In this document: positions 19,696-30,767 of the stretch, one piece after another
Layout: every line of letters starts with the position of its first letter
Position numbering within the stretch: the stretch's first letter is position 1
Assembly (NCBI GenBank): GCA_043810515.1
Contig: JBDRNZ010000012.1
Span: 9,474 to 73,473 of the forward strand
Origin: Candidatus Peregrinibacteria bacterium
GTDB taxonomy: Bacteria > Patescibacteriota > Gracilibacteria > UBA1369 > LOWO2-01-FULL-3
Direction: 5' to 3'
DNA: 64,000 nucleotides
Notes under the pieces: model-generated
The model's database searches: none
What the model was told of the DNA's origin: nothing
What the model saw: only the letters and a program-made list of their open reading frames with translations
Position numbers and translations under genes: made by a program

Positions 19696-20333
19696 TGCTT
19701 AGCTTTTTTTGTTAGGAAAACTTCTTTCAGTTTATCCACCGCATCCTTGAGAAACAAGATATTCTTATGCCTCTGCAGATCATGGATGTTTATATAATTT
19801 GCGGTAATAATTTTTACATTGGGCAAGTTTCTTCCGGATTTTTGTATAGTTTCGTTTTTTATGGCAGTTACTATCAATACTTCTCTTTCAATAGGCATTT
19901 TTTTTAGCATTTGCGCGAACTGCTTTGTTTTTAATTCTGACGTTTCGTATCCTTCCAATGCCATTATTTCGTTATTTCGCGCTTTTTCTGATAGAGCCGA
20001 GAAAAGTGCTTTTCTTCGTTGTTTTTTAGGCATGTCGGTTTTGAAATTTCTTTTATTTGTTGGCCCGAAAACCACTCCTCCTCCGCGCATGTGTGGCGAT
20101 CTTGTCGATCCCTGTCTTGCCATGCCTGTTCCTTTTTGTCTGTGAGGTTTTCTGCCGCCTCCCGATACTTCGTCCCGTTTTTTCGTGTGTGCTGTCGGAA
20201 TTCTTGCGTTTGCAAGCTGTCTTTTTAAGGCCTGATGTATAAGATCCTCGTTAAACGGAACTTCAAATATTTCCTTGGGAAGGTCTATTGTTCCATTTTT
20301 TTCTCCGGTTTGTGTGTATAAATCTATTTTCAT
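19692..20333 (-). CDS. rplD: 50S ribosomal protein L4
   Basis: EVSGGGRKPHRQKGTGMARQGS, GGGVVFGP, RNLP. Confidence 0.97.
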   Translation of the reverse strand: MKIDLYTQTGEKNGTIDLPKEIFEVPFNEDLIHQALKRQLANARIPTAHTKKRDEVSGGGRKPHRQKGTGMARQGSTRSPHMRGGGVVFGPTNKRNFKTDMPKKQRRKALFSALSEKARNNEIMALEGYETSELKTKQFAQMLKKMPIEREVLIVTAIKNETIQKSGRNLPNVKIITANYINIHDLQRHKNILFLKDAVDKLKEVFLTKKAKQ

Positions 20334-20917
20334 GATAGTGCTATTATTACCAGTCCTCCGTTTGGTCCCGGAACTGGGCCTTTTAATCCGATTATGTTTT
20401 CTTTTGGATTAATGTATACGACAGGTACTTTACTTAGGGTTATTTGGTCGGTTCCCATTCTTCCCGGTAATTTTTTCCCTTTATGTACTCTTCCCGGCTT
20501 TGCGCATGTTCCGATCGATCCCGGCTCTCTATGATGGTGCGAACCATGAGTTTCAGGTCCACGGCCGAAATTGAATCTTTTGATTACTCCCTGGAATCCT
20601 TTTCCTTTTGAGCATGCCGTAACTTTCACTTTTTCCGTTTCTTTGAGTTTTTCCAGAGTTATCTGATCTCCTTTTTTGTAATTTTCGGCTTCCTTCTCTT
20701 CGATTTTAAACTCTTTCACGTGTCTGAATTTTTTGGTCTTTGTGGGTTTTTTCAATTTGGAAAACCCTAGGACTATCGCCGGATATCCATCTTTTTCCAC
20801 TGTCTTTACCTGTGTTACTTCGTTGGGTTCACACTGTACGACAGTTACTGGGATCACGCGGCCATCGTCTTGAATCAGACGAGTCATTCCTAATTTTTTG
20901 CCGAGTATTCCTGACAT
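20330..20917 (-). CDS. rplC: 50S ribosomal protein L3
   Basis: GKKLGMT, SKGKGFQGVIKR, HGS, GRMG, KGPVPG. Confidence 0.97.
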   Translation of the reverse strand: MSGILGKKLGMTRLIQDDGRVIPVTVVQCEPNEVTQVKTVEKDGYPAIVLGFSKLKKPTKTKKFRHVKEFKIEEKEAENYKKGDQITLEKLKETEKVKVTACSKGKGFQGVIKRFNFGRGPETHGSHHHREPGSIGTCAKPGRVHKGKKLPGRMGTDQITLSKVPVVYINPKENIIGLKGPVPGPNGGLVIIALS

Positions 20918-20949
20918 AGTTTGTAGAGGTTAGGGCCCAAGAAGATTTT

Positions 20950-20994
20950 CGGCAAACCCGCTTGGAACGGTTAACATGCAATGTCAATTTGCCG
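20950..20994 (-). ncRNA. Candidate cis-regulatory leader RNA (three-way junction) of the rplC operon
   Basis: Outer stem CGGCAAA/UUUGCCG encloses hairpins UUGACA-UUGCA-UGUUAA and CCGUU-CCA-AGCGG; begins right after a -10 box. Confidence 0.45.
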
Positions 20995-20998
20995 TATG

Positions 20999-21027
20999 AA
21001 TATACAGAGTGAAAATTGTATAGTCAA
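20999..21027 (-). promoter_or_regulatory. Putative sigma70 promoter between rpsJ and rplC
   Basis: TTGACT-N17-TATATT, preceded by TG. Confidence 0.65.
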
Positions 21028-21043
21028 TAGAAAATCGGGGGTT

Positions 21044-21361
21044 CTACTGAAGCATTTTTATCTCGATTTCGACGCCTGCGGGCAGACTGAGATTTGAGAG
21101 TGATTCGATGGTTTTTGGAGTTGTCTGCTGAATGTCGATTAATCGTGAATGTGTTCGCATTTCAAACTGTTCGCGGGATTTTTTGTGAACAAATGTGGAC
21201 CTGTTTACTGTGAATTTTTCTATTTTTGTAGGAAGGGGAATGGCTCCGGACACTATTGCGCCGGTTCTTTCCGCGGTGTCGATTATAAGTTTTGCGGTTT
21301 CATCTATTACTTTGTGGTCGAATGAACGTATACGGATGCGGATTTTTTGTTTTGGAGCCAT
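21044..21361 (-). CDS. rpsJ: 30S ribosomal protein S10 (NusE)
   Basis: [35 protein letters not shown]. Confidence 0.97.
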   Translation of the reverse strand: MAPKQKIRIRIRSFDHKVIDETAKLIIDTAERTGAIVSGAIPLPTKIEKFTVNRSTFVHKKSREQFEMRTHSRLIDIQQTTPKTIESLSNLSLPAGVEIEIKMLQ

Positions 21362-21380
21362 GAGGGGGTAGGGTTAATTA

Positions 21381-21608
21381 TTATATTTTTTGTAAAGTTT
21401 CGATGTCATATGCTGCCGTTTTAATTGCGTTTCGAATTTTTCTTTGAATGACCAGGGTTCCATCTGACGCTTCCCAGCCTCCCTCGGCGATTTTTCCGTC
21501 GAGCGTAACCATGGTTTGAGCTCCTTTTAGTTTTGCTGCCGTGTCTTCCGGTAGCGTATCCGGGAATCCATAATCGTCACTTCTTGTTGCGGGTTGGTTT
21601 TGTGCCAT
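21381..21608 (-). CDS. Small hypothetical protein upstream of rpsJ
   Basis: 75-aa ATG ORF on the operon strand, 19 bp from rpsJ, with its own promoter; no recognised motif. Confidence 0.6.
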   Translation of the reverse strand: MAQNQPATRSDDYGFPDTLPEDTAAKLKGAQTMVTLDGKIAEGGWEASDGTLVIQRKIRNAIKTAAYDIETLQKI

Positions 21609-21735
21609 ATTTTTATAAAATTACCGGATAGGGGAGTCCGGTTCTTTTTTATTCTTTTTGGAAATATTTTTGAAGCCGAGCTGTCCCGTGTTTACGAGTG
21701 GTTTTCCAAGATCGGAAAATCAATTTTGTATGAGA

Positions 21736-21764
21736 TTTATATAGGTTTGTTTGGTTTGTGTCAA
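21736..21764 (-). promoter_or_regulatory. Putative sigma70 promoter for orphan-rpsJ
   Basis: TTGACA-N17-TATAAA, downstream of the tuf terminator. Confidence 0.55.
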
Positions 21765-21807
21765 ATGAAATTTTAAGTGCGGGATTAGTAGAGGATTTTT
21801 TATAAAT

Positions 21808-21839
21808 AAAAAGCCCTCGGAATTTCCGAGGGCTTTTTT
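21808..21839. terminator. Intrinsic terminator after tuf (bidirectional shape)
   Basis: AAAAAGCCCTCGGAA-T-TTCCGAGGGCTTTTT inverted repeat with A/T tails. Confidence 0.9.
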
Positions 21840-21855
21840 AGTTTTGACGTTTTTA

Positions 21856-23049
21856 TTACTCTATGATCTTTGTTACGACTCCGGCACCAACGGTTCGGCC
21901 TCCTTCACGGATAGCGAATCGTGTTCCTTCATCAAGAGCGATAGGTGCTCCAAGCATTACTGTCATTTTAACATCGTCTCCGGGCATGACCATCTCAACG
22001 TCAGCCGGAAGCTCGATTGATCCTGTTACGTCTGTTGTACGGATGTAGAATTGTGGCTTGTATCCTTTGAAGAATGGCGTGTGTCGTCCACCCTCGTCTT
22101 TTGTCAGGACGTAAACCTGAGAATCAAATTTTGTGTGAGGAGTTATTGTTCCCGGTTTAGCAAGAACCTGTCCTCTTTCAATTTCTTCTCTTTCAATTCC
22201 TCTAAGAAGAATTCCCACGTTATCTCCAGCCTGTCCCTGGTCAAGACTTTTCTTGAACATCTCAACTCCTGTTACTATTACTTTCCTTGTTGGCTTTATA
22301 CCAACGAGTTCAACTTCTTCATTTACTTTTACAACTCCCCGATCAACTCTTCCTGTTGCTACAGTTCCTCGTCCTTTTATTGAGAATACGTCTTCAACCG
22401 GCATAAGAAATGGTTTATCCAGCTCACGTTTTGGGTCGGGAATGTATGTGTCCAAAGCTTCGAGCAGTTCAACTATTGGCTTTATAGCTTCTTCATCGTC
22501 CAGATTTTCCAAAGCTTTTAGAGCCGATCCTTTTATGATTGGAGTTGTGTCTCCAGGGAATTCATATTTATTTAGGAGTTCACGGATTTCCATTTCTGAA
22601 AGTTCAGCGATTTCCGGATCAGCCATATCCATTTTATTCAGGAAAACTATGATATATGGTACGTTAACCTGTTTTGCGAGCAGGATGTGTTCGCGTGTCT
22701 GTGGCATCGGGCCGTCTGCTGCTGAAACTACCAAAATAGCTCCGTCCATCTGAGCGGCACCTGTAATCATATTTTTTACATAATCGGCATGTCCCGGACA
22801 GTCTACGTGAGCATAATGTCTCTTGTCTGTTTCGTATTCCTGATGGGAAGTTGCGATTGTAATTCCTCTTTCTTTTTCTTCAGGGGCGTTGTCGATTTGG
22901 TCGAATGCTACAGCTTTGTTGTGTCCACCGAATTTTTTTGCTGCGACTGCCGTAATTGCAGCTGTCAGTGTCGTTTTTCCGTGGTCTACGTGACCGATTG
23001 TACCGACGTTTAAGTGCGGTTTACTTCTATCAAATACTCCTTCAGCCAT
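21856..23049 (-). CDS. tuf: Elongation factor Tu
   Basis: [51 protein letters not shown]. Confidence 0.99.
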   Translation of the reverse strand: MAEGVFDRSKPHLNVGTIGHVDHGKTTLTAAITAVAAKKFGGHNKAVAFDQIDNAPEEKERGITIATSHQEYETDKRHYAHVDCPGHADYVKNMITGAAQMDGAILVVSAADGPMPQTREHILLAKQVNVPYIIVFLNKMDMADPEIAELSEMEIRELLNKYEFPGDTTPIIKGSALKALENLDDEEAIKPIVELLEALDTYIPDPKRELDKPFLMPVEDVFSIKGRGTVATGRVDRGVVKVNEEVELVGIKPTRKVIVTGVEMFKKSLDQGQAGDNVGILLRGIEREEIERGQVLAKPGTITPHTKFDSQVYVLTKDEGGRHTPFFKGYKPQFYIRTTDVTGSIELPADVEMVMPGDDVKMTVMLGAPIALDEGTRFAIREGGRTVGAGVVTKIIE

Positions 23050-23117
23050 AGTTATTTTGTTTAGAGATTAGAAAAGTTATATGGTTTAACGCTTGTGTTA
23101 AATGACACAGCGCCGGA

Positions 23118-23146
23118 ATAGTATCGAAAAATTCGGCTGTGCGCAA
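23118..23146 (-). promoter_or_regulatory. Putative promoter for tuf
   Basis: TTGCGC-N17-TACTAT, followed by a 5' hairpin. Confidence 0.5.
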
Positions 23147-23154
23147 GATCAATT

Positions 23155-25245
23155 TTAGCCCGTTGCTTTCTTGCTTATTATTTCATCTGCTACATTTTGT
23201 GGAACTTTTGAATAGTGTCCGAATTCCATTGTGTAATTTCCTCTTCCCTGCGTTATTGATCTCAAATCTGTTGCGTATCCGAACATTTCCGCGAGCGGAA
23301 TTTCGGCTTTTATGAATTTGATGAGTCCGCGGTCTCCTGTTTCCTGGATCTGTCCGCGCCTTGAATTAATATCTCCCATTACATCCCCGAAATAATTTTC
23401 CGGAACCGTAACTTCAACTTTCATGATCGGCTCAAGCAGAATCGGATTTGCGTGCTTTACGGCATTCTGAAAACAAATCGATCCGGCTATTTTAAAAGCC
23501 ATTTCGGACGAATCCACATCGTGATAACTTCCGTCGAATAGCTCGACTTTTACATCCACGACCGGATATCCGGCAATGATTCCTCTTGTCATCGCTTCCT
23601 GGATTCCCTTATCAACGGCTGGTATATATTCTCTTGGAATTTTTCCTCCAACAATCGCGTTTTTGAATTCGTAGCCCTGTCCGGGTTCCTGAGGAATTAC
23701 TTTCAGGAATACGTGTCCATATTGACCGCGGCCACCTGTCTGTTTCGCGTATTTTTCCTCCATCTCGATTTCTTTGGTTATCGTTTCTCGGTATGCCACC
23801 TGCGGCGCTCCGATATTTGCCTCCACTTTAAATTCCCGTTTCATTCTGTCGACGATAATGTCCAGATGCAGTTCTCCCATTCCCGCGATTATTGTCTGGC
23901 CGGTTTCCTCATCCGTTTTTACTGAAAACGTTGGATCCTCCTGTGCAAGTTTCTGAAGAGCCATGCCCATTTTTTCCTGATCCGCTTTGGTTTTTGGCTC
24001 AACCGCGATTCTGATTACCGGTTCCGGGAATGTAATTGACTCGAGGAGAATGGATTTGTTCGGATCGCAAAGAGTATTTCCTGTTGTTGTGTTTTTTAAT
24101 CCGACGATTGCCGCGATGTCTCCGGCTTTTACTGTTTTTATTTCCTGGCGTGCATTTGCGTGCATCTGAAGAAGGCGGCCGACACGTTCTTTATTTCCGG
24201 TGGATGCATTTAAAATATAACTTCCCGAGTCCAGTTTTCCCGAATAAACGCGGAAGTAGCAAAGATTTCCAACGAAGGGATCTGTTGCTATCTTGAACGC
24301 GAGCGCAGAAAAAGGTTCGTTTTCATCAGCTTTTATAGTAACTTCCTCTCCGGTTTTTGGATCCTCTCCCTTTACAGGAGGGACATCCATCGGGCTTGGC
24401 AGATACCAGCATACTGCGTCGAGAAGCGGTTGTATTCCCATATTCTGCAATGCGGTTCCGCACATGACGGGGAAAATGCTTCCTTTGGTTGTGGCATTTC
24501 TCAGGCCCTCTTTGATTTCGGGAATTGTTATTTCTTTTTCTTCAAGGAATTTTTCCATTATACTGTCGTCGTTTTCGGCTATGCGTTCTATCATTTTGGC
24601 TCTGTGTTCCTTGACTTTATCCTGCATGTCCGCGGGAATTTCTATTTCTTTCACGGTTTCTCCATTTTTTCCTTCAAATGTGTATGCTTTTTGTTCGATA
24701 AGATCTATGATGCCGGTAAAATCTTTTTCTGCTCCGATTGGCAGCTGAATTGCAACGGCGTCCGGTGTAAGTCTTTTTAAAATACTATCCAGACTCATAT
24801 AAAAATCTCCTCCGACTTTGTCCATTTTGTTTATGAAGGCTATTCGTGGAACGTGATATTTGTCAGCCTGACGCCATACGGTTTCGGACTGCGGCTCGAC
24901 TCCCATTGCTCCGTCAAAAACCGCGACTCCTCCATCAAGTACGCGAAGTGATCTTTCCACTTCGACAGTGAAGTCAACGTGTCCCGGTGTGTCGATGATG
25001 TTTATCTGGTCGTTTGTTTCCGTGCCCGTAGGTTTCCAGAAACATGTCGTTGCGGCGGACGTGATAGTGATTCCTCTTTCTCTTTCCTGTTCCATCCAGT
25101 CCATTTGCGATTCTCCGGAGTGGGTTTCTCCGATTTTATGCGTTTTTCCCGTGTAGAAAAGGATACGTTCCGTAACTGTTGTTTTTCCCGCATCAATGTG
25201 TGCGATAATTCCTATGTTGCGTAAACGTTTCAGATCTTCAGACAT
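23155..25245 (-). CDS. fusA: Elongation factor G
   Basis: [47 protein letters not shown]. Confidence 0.99.
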   Translation of the reverse strand: MSEDLKRLRNIGIIAHIDAGKTTVTERILFYTGKTHKIGETHSGESQMDWMEQERERGITITSAATTCFWKPTGTETNDQINIIDTPGHVDFTVEVERSLRVLDGGVAVFDGAMGVEPQSETVWRQADKYHVPRIAFINKMDKVGGDFYMSLDSILKRLTPDAVAIQLPIGAEKDFTGIIDLIEQKAYTFEGKNGETVKEIEIPADMQDKVKEHRAKMIERIAENDDSIMEKFLEEKEITIPEIKEGLRNATTKGSIFPVMCGTALQNMGIQPLLDAVCWYLPSPMDVPPVKGEDPKTGEEVTIKADENEPFSALAFKIATDPFVGNLCYFRVYSGKLDSGSYILNASTGNKERVGRLLQMHANARQEIKTVKAGDIAAIVGLKNTTTGNTLCDPNKSILLESITFPEPVIRIAVEPKTKADQEKMGMALQKLAQEDPTFSVKTDEETGQTIIAGMGELHLDIIVDRMKREFKVEANIGAPQVAYRETITKEIEMEEKYAKQTGGRGQYGHVFLKVIPQEPGQGYEFKNAIVGGKIPREYIPAVDKGIQEAMTRGIIAGYPVVDVKVELFDGSYHDVDSSEMAFKIAGSICFQNAVKHANPILLEPIMKVEVTVPENYFGDVMGDINSRRGQIQETGDRGLIKFIKAEIPLAEMFGYATDLRSITQGRGNYTMEFGHYSKVPQNVADEIISKKATG

Positions 25246-25298
25246 TTTTGATTTTTTGGTTACAAAATATTGCGTTCTTATAAAAAGACGCCAGAGGC

Positions 25299-25326
25299 AT
25301 TATAGGGAGCGTGGTAGGGAAGTCAA
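25299..25326 (-). promoter_or_regulatory. Putative promoter for fusA
   Basis: TTGACT-N16-TATAAT in the rpsG-fusA gap. Confidence 0.6.
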
Positions 25327-25328
25327 GA

Positions 25329-25784
25329 TTAGTATCTTGCGAGATGTGCAAATGCCTTATTTGCTTCCGCCATTCTGTGGGTATCCTCTTTTTTCTTCAT
25401 GGCAGAGCCCTGTTTATTTGATGCATCAATGAGTTCGGTTGCGAGGTTTTGTGCCATTGCCGAATTTTTTTTGCCTCTTGCCGCACCGATCAGCCATCTG
25501 AATGCGAGTGCTGTTTGCCTGTCCGCCTTTACTTCCATGGGGATCTGATAAACTGCGCCTCCTATTCTTTTCGGCTTAACTTCCAGATGAGGCTTAACGT
25601 TATCGATTGCGGCTTTGAAGATTTTTTCAGGGTCTCCTGATATTTGTTTGCTTATTATTTTTAGAGTTTCATTGAAAATTTTTCGGGCGGTGGATTTTTT
25701 GCCCCGAAGCATTACGTAATTTATGAATTTTTCCTGCAATGGAGAAGATTCTTCCGGAATGTATATGTTCTTGTTTTTTTTCAT
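25329..25784 (-). CDS. rpsG: 30S ribosomal protein S7
   Basis: GKKSTA, RIGGAVYQIP, HRMAEANKAFAH. Confidence 0.97.
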   Translation of the reverse strand: MKKNKNIYIPEESSPLQEKFINYVMLRGKKSTARKIFNETLKIISKQISGDPEKIFKAAIDNVKPHLEVKPKRIGGAVYQIPMEVKADRQTALAFRWLIGAARGKKNSAMAQNLATELIDASNKQGSAMKKKEDTHRMAEANKAFAHLARY

Positions 25785-25789
25785 AACTA

Positions 25790-26209
25790 TTATGCTGATT
25801 TAGCTGTTTTTTTGGCGCCGTATCTGGATCTTCCCTGTTTTCTGTTCTGTACGCCCTGGGTATCGAGAGTCCCTCTTATTATATGGTAGCGCACACCCGG
25901 AAGATCTTTTACTCTGCCTCCGCGTATTGTTACAACCGAGTGCTCCTGTAGATTATGCCCTTCACCCGGAATGTACGCGTTTACCTCCATTCCGTTCGTC
26001 AGTTTTACTCTCGCAACTTTTCTTAAGGCTGAGTTTGGTTTTTTTGGTGTCATTGTTGTGACTTTTGTGCACACGCCGCGCTTTTGTGGGCATGGGACAG
26101 TCACGTTTCTATTCTTCAGATTGTTAAAAGTAAACTGTAAGGCGGGGGCCTTACTTTTTTTCTTTGTCGACTTTCTTGGTTTCCTTATGAGCTGGTTTAT
26201 GGTTGGCAT
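25790..26209 (-). CDS. rpsL: 30S ribosomal protein S12
   Basis: [37 protein letters not shown]. Confidence 0.98.
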   Translation of the reverse strand: MPTINQLIRKPRKSTKKKSKAPALQFTFNNLKNRNVTVPCPQKRGVCTKVTTMTPKKPNSALRKVARVKLTNGMEVNAYIPGEGHNLQEHSVVTIRGGRVKDLPGVRYHIIRGTLDTQGVQNRKQGRSRYGAKKTAKSA

Positions 26210-26261
26210 GCGTCTATATTTATATTAATTCAAAAGTAAATGCAAGATAAACTTGGCGGTT

Positions 26262-29200
26262 TTATATTACCGGAGTAGTTCTTTCTTCATTCTCCTTCTC
26301 TATTTTTTCATCTGTTTCTTTGTTATCCGCTTTTTTCTCCTTTTCCGCCTGCGCTTTTGTTTCTTTCAGAAGGTGTGGGTGTTTTTTTCTGAATGTGTCA
26401 CCGGCCGGTATGAGTTTTCCAATAATGACGTTTTCCTTGAGGCCTTCCAGGTTGTCGATCTTGTTCGTTGTTGAAGCTTCCACGAGAACTCTTATCGTTT
26501 CCTGGAATGAAGCGGCTGAGAGCCAGCTGTCCGTAAGTAGCGCGACTCTTGTAAGTCCAAGAAGGAGTCTTTCTCCTTTTGCTCTTTTTTTCTTTTTCTT
26601 TTCCAGTGCCTCGTTTATATTTTCAAATTTTATCACGTCTATTATTTCTCCCGGCAGGAAATTACTATCTCCGCTATCAAATATCCTTACCTTGGAAAGC
26701 ATTTGCTTTGCGATTATTTCTATGTGCTTGTCGTTGATACTTTGTCCCTGCGATGCGTAAATGCTCTGCACCTCGGTCACGATGTATTTTTGTACCGCGT
26801 AAGTTCCCGTTAGACTCATAATCTGTTTCAAATCCAGATGTCCTGTTGTCAGCGGCTGTCCTTTTTTGACGATTTCTCCGTTCTTTATTTTTACAGTTCT
26901 TCCTGTTGGAACTTTGTATGTTTTTTGTACCGGACCAAGGCTTTCTATTATTATGCTGTCGTCTGTTATTTCTTTCACCTTCCCGGCTTCCAATGATTTT
27001 ACCGATCCTTTGTGCGTTTCGGCTTTTGCTATTACCATTTTCTCTTTTACCTTGTCTCCTTTTTTGACAACTGGTTTTATGTCTCCGCTCAATTTATATT
27101 CAGTCTGTATTTTTTCCGATGACGTAACTGCCATTTCTATCTGCTTTCCTTTCTGGTGAATTTTTACTGTTCCGTCTATTTCTGATACTGTTGCGGGATT
27201 TTTTGGAGTTCTTGCTTCAAATAATTCCTCAACGCGTGCAAGACCCTGGGTGATGTCGCTTCCCTCCGCAACTCCTCCCATGTGGAACGTACGCATTGTA
27301 AGCTGCGTTCCGGGTTCGCCTATACTCTGCGCTGCGATTATTCCTACAGCTGTTCCTATTTCAACTTCTTTGTTTGTTCCCAAATCTTTGCCGTAGCATT
27401 TTATGCATATTCCGCCTTCTGTTTTGCAGGTCATAATGGACCTTACCTGTACTTCGTCCAGATGTTTTTCAAGAATCTCCTTTACCGTGTCTTTTTCTAT
27501 AATTGAATTTTTTGCCGCCACGACTTTTTTGGTTTTCGGATCTTTCAGGTCTTCCGCCAGTGTTCTTCCGTATATTCTTATCTCGTATTTTTCGCCGATC
27601 TGTTCGGACTCTTCGTTTGTAATCGTGTGGGGATGTATTGATCCGCAGTCGTATTCTCTTATTACCACGTCCTGGTTTGAGTCAACGAGACGTCTTGTCA
27701 GGTATCCCGCTTCGGCCGTTTTAAGGGCTGTGTCGGATTTTCCTTTTCGTCCTCCGTGTGTTGCAATGAAGTATTCCAAAATACTGAATCCTTCTTTGAG
27801 ATTTGATTTTATCGGAAGCTCGATTGTTTTTCCTGCAGGATTTGCAACGAGACCTTTTATTCCGCAGAGCTGTGTAACCTGTCCCCAGTTTCCGCGGGCT
27901 CCGGAATCGATCATGTAGAAAATGTTGTTTTTCTCGTTGATTCCGGTGATCATTTTGCTTGTGATGTCTGATTTTGTTTCGGACCAGATTTTGATGGTGT
28001 GGTTGTATCTTTCCTCTTCCGTAATAAGGCCTTTCCAGTATTGGTTGTTTATCTGTTTTACTATTTCCGATGCGTCATCGATTATCTTTCCTTTTTCTTT
28101 CGGAACAACCATGTCTTCGTGGGAGAATGAAATTCCAGATTTTGTTGCGAATTTCAGGCCGATGTCTTTTACGTTATCCGCGAGCTGTGTTGTTTTTGCA
28201 TTGCCTAGCAATTCAAAACATTCCGTAACCAGCTGGCTGAGCTGTTTCTTGCCAATGTTTTTGTTGTAATAGGGGAGGCCTTTTGGCAGAAAACTGTTGA
28301 ATATAAGTCTTCCAACTGTAGTTTCCAATATTTCGTCATTGTATCTGCATTTTATAGGCGCCTGGAGATAGACCTGTCCTGTCTGATAGGCAAGAACAGC
28401 TTCCTCAATTCCATAAAATGTCATGCCTTCGCCTTTTTTCCCGGGAGTTAATTTTGTCAGGTAGTAACAGCCGAGAACCATGTCCTGAGTTGGCGTTACT
28501 ATAGGTTCTCCTGCGGAAGGTTTAAGCAGATTGTTTGTTGAGACCATTAAAGTTTTTGCTTCTTCCTGCGCTTTTTTTGAAAGAGGAACGTGAACCGCCA
28601 TCTGGTCTCCGTCAAAGTCCGCGTTGAATGCCGCGCAAACAAGCGGATGAATCTGGATAGCTTTTCCCTCGATAAGAATCGGCTGGAACGCCTGGATACC
28701 AAGTCTGTGAAGTGTTGGAGCGCGATTCAGCAGTACGTAATGATCTTTCGTGACATCCTCAAGAATATCCCAGACCTCGCGTTTTCCGGCCTGGATCAGT
28801 TTTTCCGCGTTCTTGATATTGTGGGCGTAGCCTTCCGATATCAGATGTCCTATTATGAACGGTTTGAAAAGTTCCAGAGCCATGGCTTTTGGCAGGCCGC
28901 ATTGGTTCAGTTTTAATTTTGGTCCGACGATAATCACGGAACGTCCTGAATAATCCACACGTTTACCAAGCAGGTTTTGTCTGAATCGTCCCTGTTTTCC
29001 TTTCAGCATGTCCGAAAGTGATCTGAGTTTTCTTTTGTCGCCGGAATTAAACACTGTTCTTCCCTGGCGCGCGCTATTATTTAGCAAAGTGTCCACTGCT
29101 TCCTGCAGCATTCTTTTTTCGTTTCGGCATATTACTTCCGGAGCGCCGATGGAAATAAGTCTTTTTAGACGGTTGTTTCTGTTTATCACTCTTCTGTAAA

Positions 29201-30203
29201 GATCGTTTAGATCCGATGCCGCAAATCGTCCGCCGTCCAGCTGAACCATCGGGCGAAGATCCGGCGGGATCACCGGCAAAACTGTCATTACGAACCATTC
29301 CGGCTTTGTTCCTGATTTGAGCAGACTGCCGGCCAGTTTGATTCTCTTTATTGTTTTTTTCAGTTTTTGTCCGGAACTTTTTTTCTTTTCCTCCTGAAGA
29401 GTTTTTATAAGTTTTTCAAGGTCTATTGACCCGAGAATTTCTCTGAGGGTTTCGGCTCCTGTTCCGGCTTTGAATACGTGTCCGAATTTCATTGAGAGTG
29501 TTCTGTAATCTAGTTCGGAATAAACTTTTCCGACCTGTAGGGATTCAAGCTGATCTCTCATTTCTGAATTCTGAATATCAAGCTCTTCGATTCTTTTTGC
29601 GAAATCTTTTTCGAGGTCTTTTACGGCTTTTTTCGCGAGTTTTTTGTCCTCCATTTTTTCAGCCGCGAGCGAGCTTTGTTTAAAGTCTTCCTGTAACTTT
29701 TTTTTGTGCGTTTTGTATTCGGTCTGGAGCTGGTCAAGTGCTTCTGTTTTTGCGGGAACGTCGACTTCAGACGCTATGTATGCCGCAAAATATACAACCT
29801 GTTCAAGAGTTTTTATCGGTAGATCCAGAAGTAATCCTATCCTGCTCGGTGTTGATCTTAAAAACCAGATGTGAGTTACCGGTACCGCAAGTTTTATGTG
29901 AGCCAGTCTTTCGCGACGTACGGATGAACGTGTTACTTCGACGCCGCACTTTTCGCAAATCACGCCTTTGTATCTGATTCTCTTGTATTTTCCACAGTAA
30001 CATTCCCAGTTTTTTGTCGGTCCAAATATTTTTTCACAAAAAAGTCCGTCTCTTTCCGGTTTCTGGGTGCGGTAATTTATAGTTTCCGGTTTCTTAACCT
30101 CACCGTGAGACCAGGACAAGATCTCTTCGGGGGCGGCAATTGAAAGAGTGATGGCGCTGAACTGATCTTTTTTAAGATTTTTGTCTTGTATTGATTGAGG
30201 CAT
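26262..30203 (-). CDS. rpoC: RNA polymerase beta' subunit
   Basis: [50 protein letters not shown]. Confidence 0.99.
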   Translation of the reverse strand: MPQSIQDKNLKKDQFSAITLSIAAPEEILSWSHGEVKKPETINYRTQKPERDGLFCEKIFGPTKNWECYCGKYKRIRYKGVICEKCGVEVTRSSVRRERLAHIKLAVPVTHIWFLRSTPSRIGLLLDLPIKTLEQVVYFAAYIASEVDVPAKTEALDQLQTEYKTHKKKLQEDFKQSSLAAEKMEDKKLAKKAVKDLEKDFAKRIEELDIQNSEMRDQLESLQVGKVYSELDYRTLSMKFGHVFKAGTGAETLREILGSIDLEKLIKTLQEEKKKSSGQKLKKTIKRIKLAGSLLKSGTKPEWFVMTVLPVIPPDLRPMVQLDGGRFAASDLNDLYRRVINRNNRLKRLISIGAPEVICRNEKRMLQEAVDTLLNNSARQGRTVFNSGDKRKLRSLSDMLKGKQGRFRQNLLGKRVDYSGRSVIIVGPKLKLNQCGLPKAMALELFKPFIIGHLISEGYAHNIKNAEKLIQAGKREVWDILEDVTKDHYVLLNRAPTLHRLGIQAFQPILIEGKAIQIHPLVCAAFNADFDGDQMAVHVPLSKKAQEEAKTLMVSTNNLLKPSAGEPIVTPTQDMVLGCYYLTKLTPGKKGEGMTFYGIEEAVLAYQTGQVYLQAPIKCRYNDEILETTVGRLIFNSFLPKGLPYYNKNIGKKQLSQLVTECFELLGNAKTTQLADNVKDIGLKFATKSGISFSHEDMVVPKEKGKIIDDASEIVKQINNQYWKGLITEEERYNHTIKIWSETKSDITSKMITGINEKNNIFYMIDSGARGNWGQVTQLCGIKGLVANPAGKTIELPIKSNLKEGFSILEYFIATHGGRKGKSDTALKTAEAGYLTRRLVDSNQDVVIREYDCGSIHPHTITNEESEQIGEKYEIRIYGRTLAEDLKDPKTKKVVAAKNSIIEKDTVKEILEKHLDEVQVRSIMTCKTEGGICIKCYGKDLGTNKEVEIGTAVGIIAAQSIGEPGTQLTMRTFHMGGVAEGSDITQGLARVEELFEARTPKNPATVSEIDGTVKIHQKGKQIEMAVTSSEKIQTEYKLSGDIKPVVKKGDKVKEKMVIAKAETHKGSVKSLEAGKVKEITDDSIIIESLGPVQKTYKVPTGRTVKIKNGEIVKKGQPLTTGHLDLKQIMSLTGTYAVQKYIVTEVQSIYASQGQSINDKHIEIIAKQMLSKVRIFDSGDSNFLPGEIIDVIKFENINEALEKKKKKRAKGERLLLGLTRVALLTDSWLSAASFQETIRVLVEASTTNKIDNLEGLKENVIIGKLIPAGDTFRKKHPHLLKETKAQAEKEKKADNKETDEKIEKENEERTTPVI

Positions 30204-30233
30204 ATTTTTTTGAGTTATTATGAAAAGTTATCT

Positions 30234-30734
30234 TTAAAGGCCAAGATCTTTATCGATCGGGTTTGTTTCCGATTTTTCTTCCGACTGTTCCGGTTCTTCT
30301 TCTGCGGGTTCCGGTTCTTCTTCCTTCTCTTTCATTGTTTCTTTTTCCTCTCTGTTTTCGGTTTCCTCGTCTTCCTGCGGTACGTATTCCTCTTCAAGTT
30401 TCTTTTTCTTTTCAAGAATTATCATGTCCTGAACCACTATTTCTGTTTTGAATTTTTTTACGCCGTCCTGATTATCCCAACTTCTTGTTTTCAGGTAACC
30501 TTCGACATATATGAGGTTTCCTTTCTTGAGATAATTCGTGCATATTTCAGCGAGTCGCGCCCATGCCACGCATTCGTGGAATTCAGCGGAGGACTTTCTT
30601 TCATTATCTTTAGTTATCCATTCACGATTTGTTGCGAGTCCAAAAGTTGTAACGTTCTGGCCGTTTGGCGTTTGTCTCATCTCCGGATCCCTTGTCAGAT
30701 TTCCAATTATGATTACCTTATTTACGCTTCTCAT
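30234..30734 (-). CDS. ssb: Single-stranded DNA-binding protein with long acidic tail
   Basis: VNKVIIIGNLTRDPE, ATNREW, YLKKGNLIYVEGYLKTRSW; ends in DKDLGL rather than DDIPF. Confidence 0.93.
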   Translation of the reverse strand: MRSVNKVIIIGNLTRDPEMRQTPNGQNVTTFGLATNREWITKDNERKSSAEFHECVAWARLAEICTNYLKKGNLIYVEGYLKTRSWDNQDGVKKFKTEIVVQDMIILEKKKKLEEEYVPQEDEETENREEKETMKEKEEEPEPAEEEPEQSEEKSETNPIDKDLGL

Positions 30735-30767
30735 GATTTGTTATGTTAATTTATAAAGTATGTTTTT

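Noticed and set aside
21676-21715. Call as a c-di-GMP-I riboswitch
   Set aside because: Only a partial resemblance; the GCAAAGCC segment and second stem are missing. Kept only as an unassigned structured UTR.
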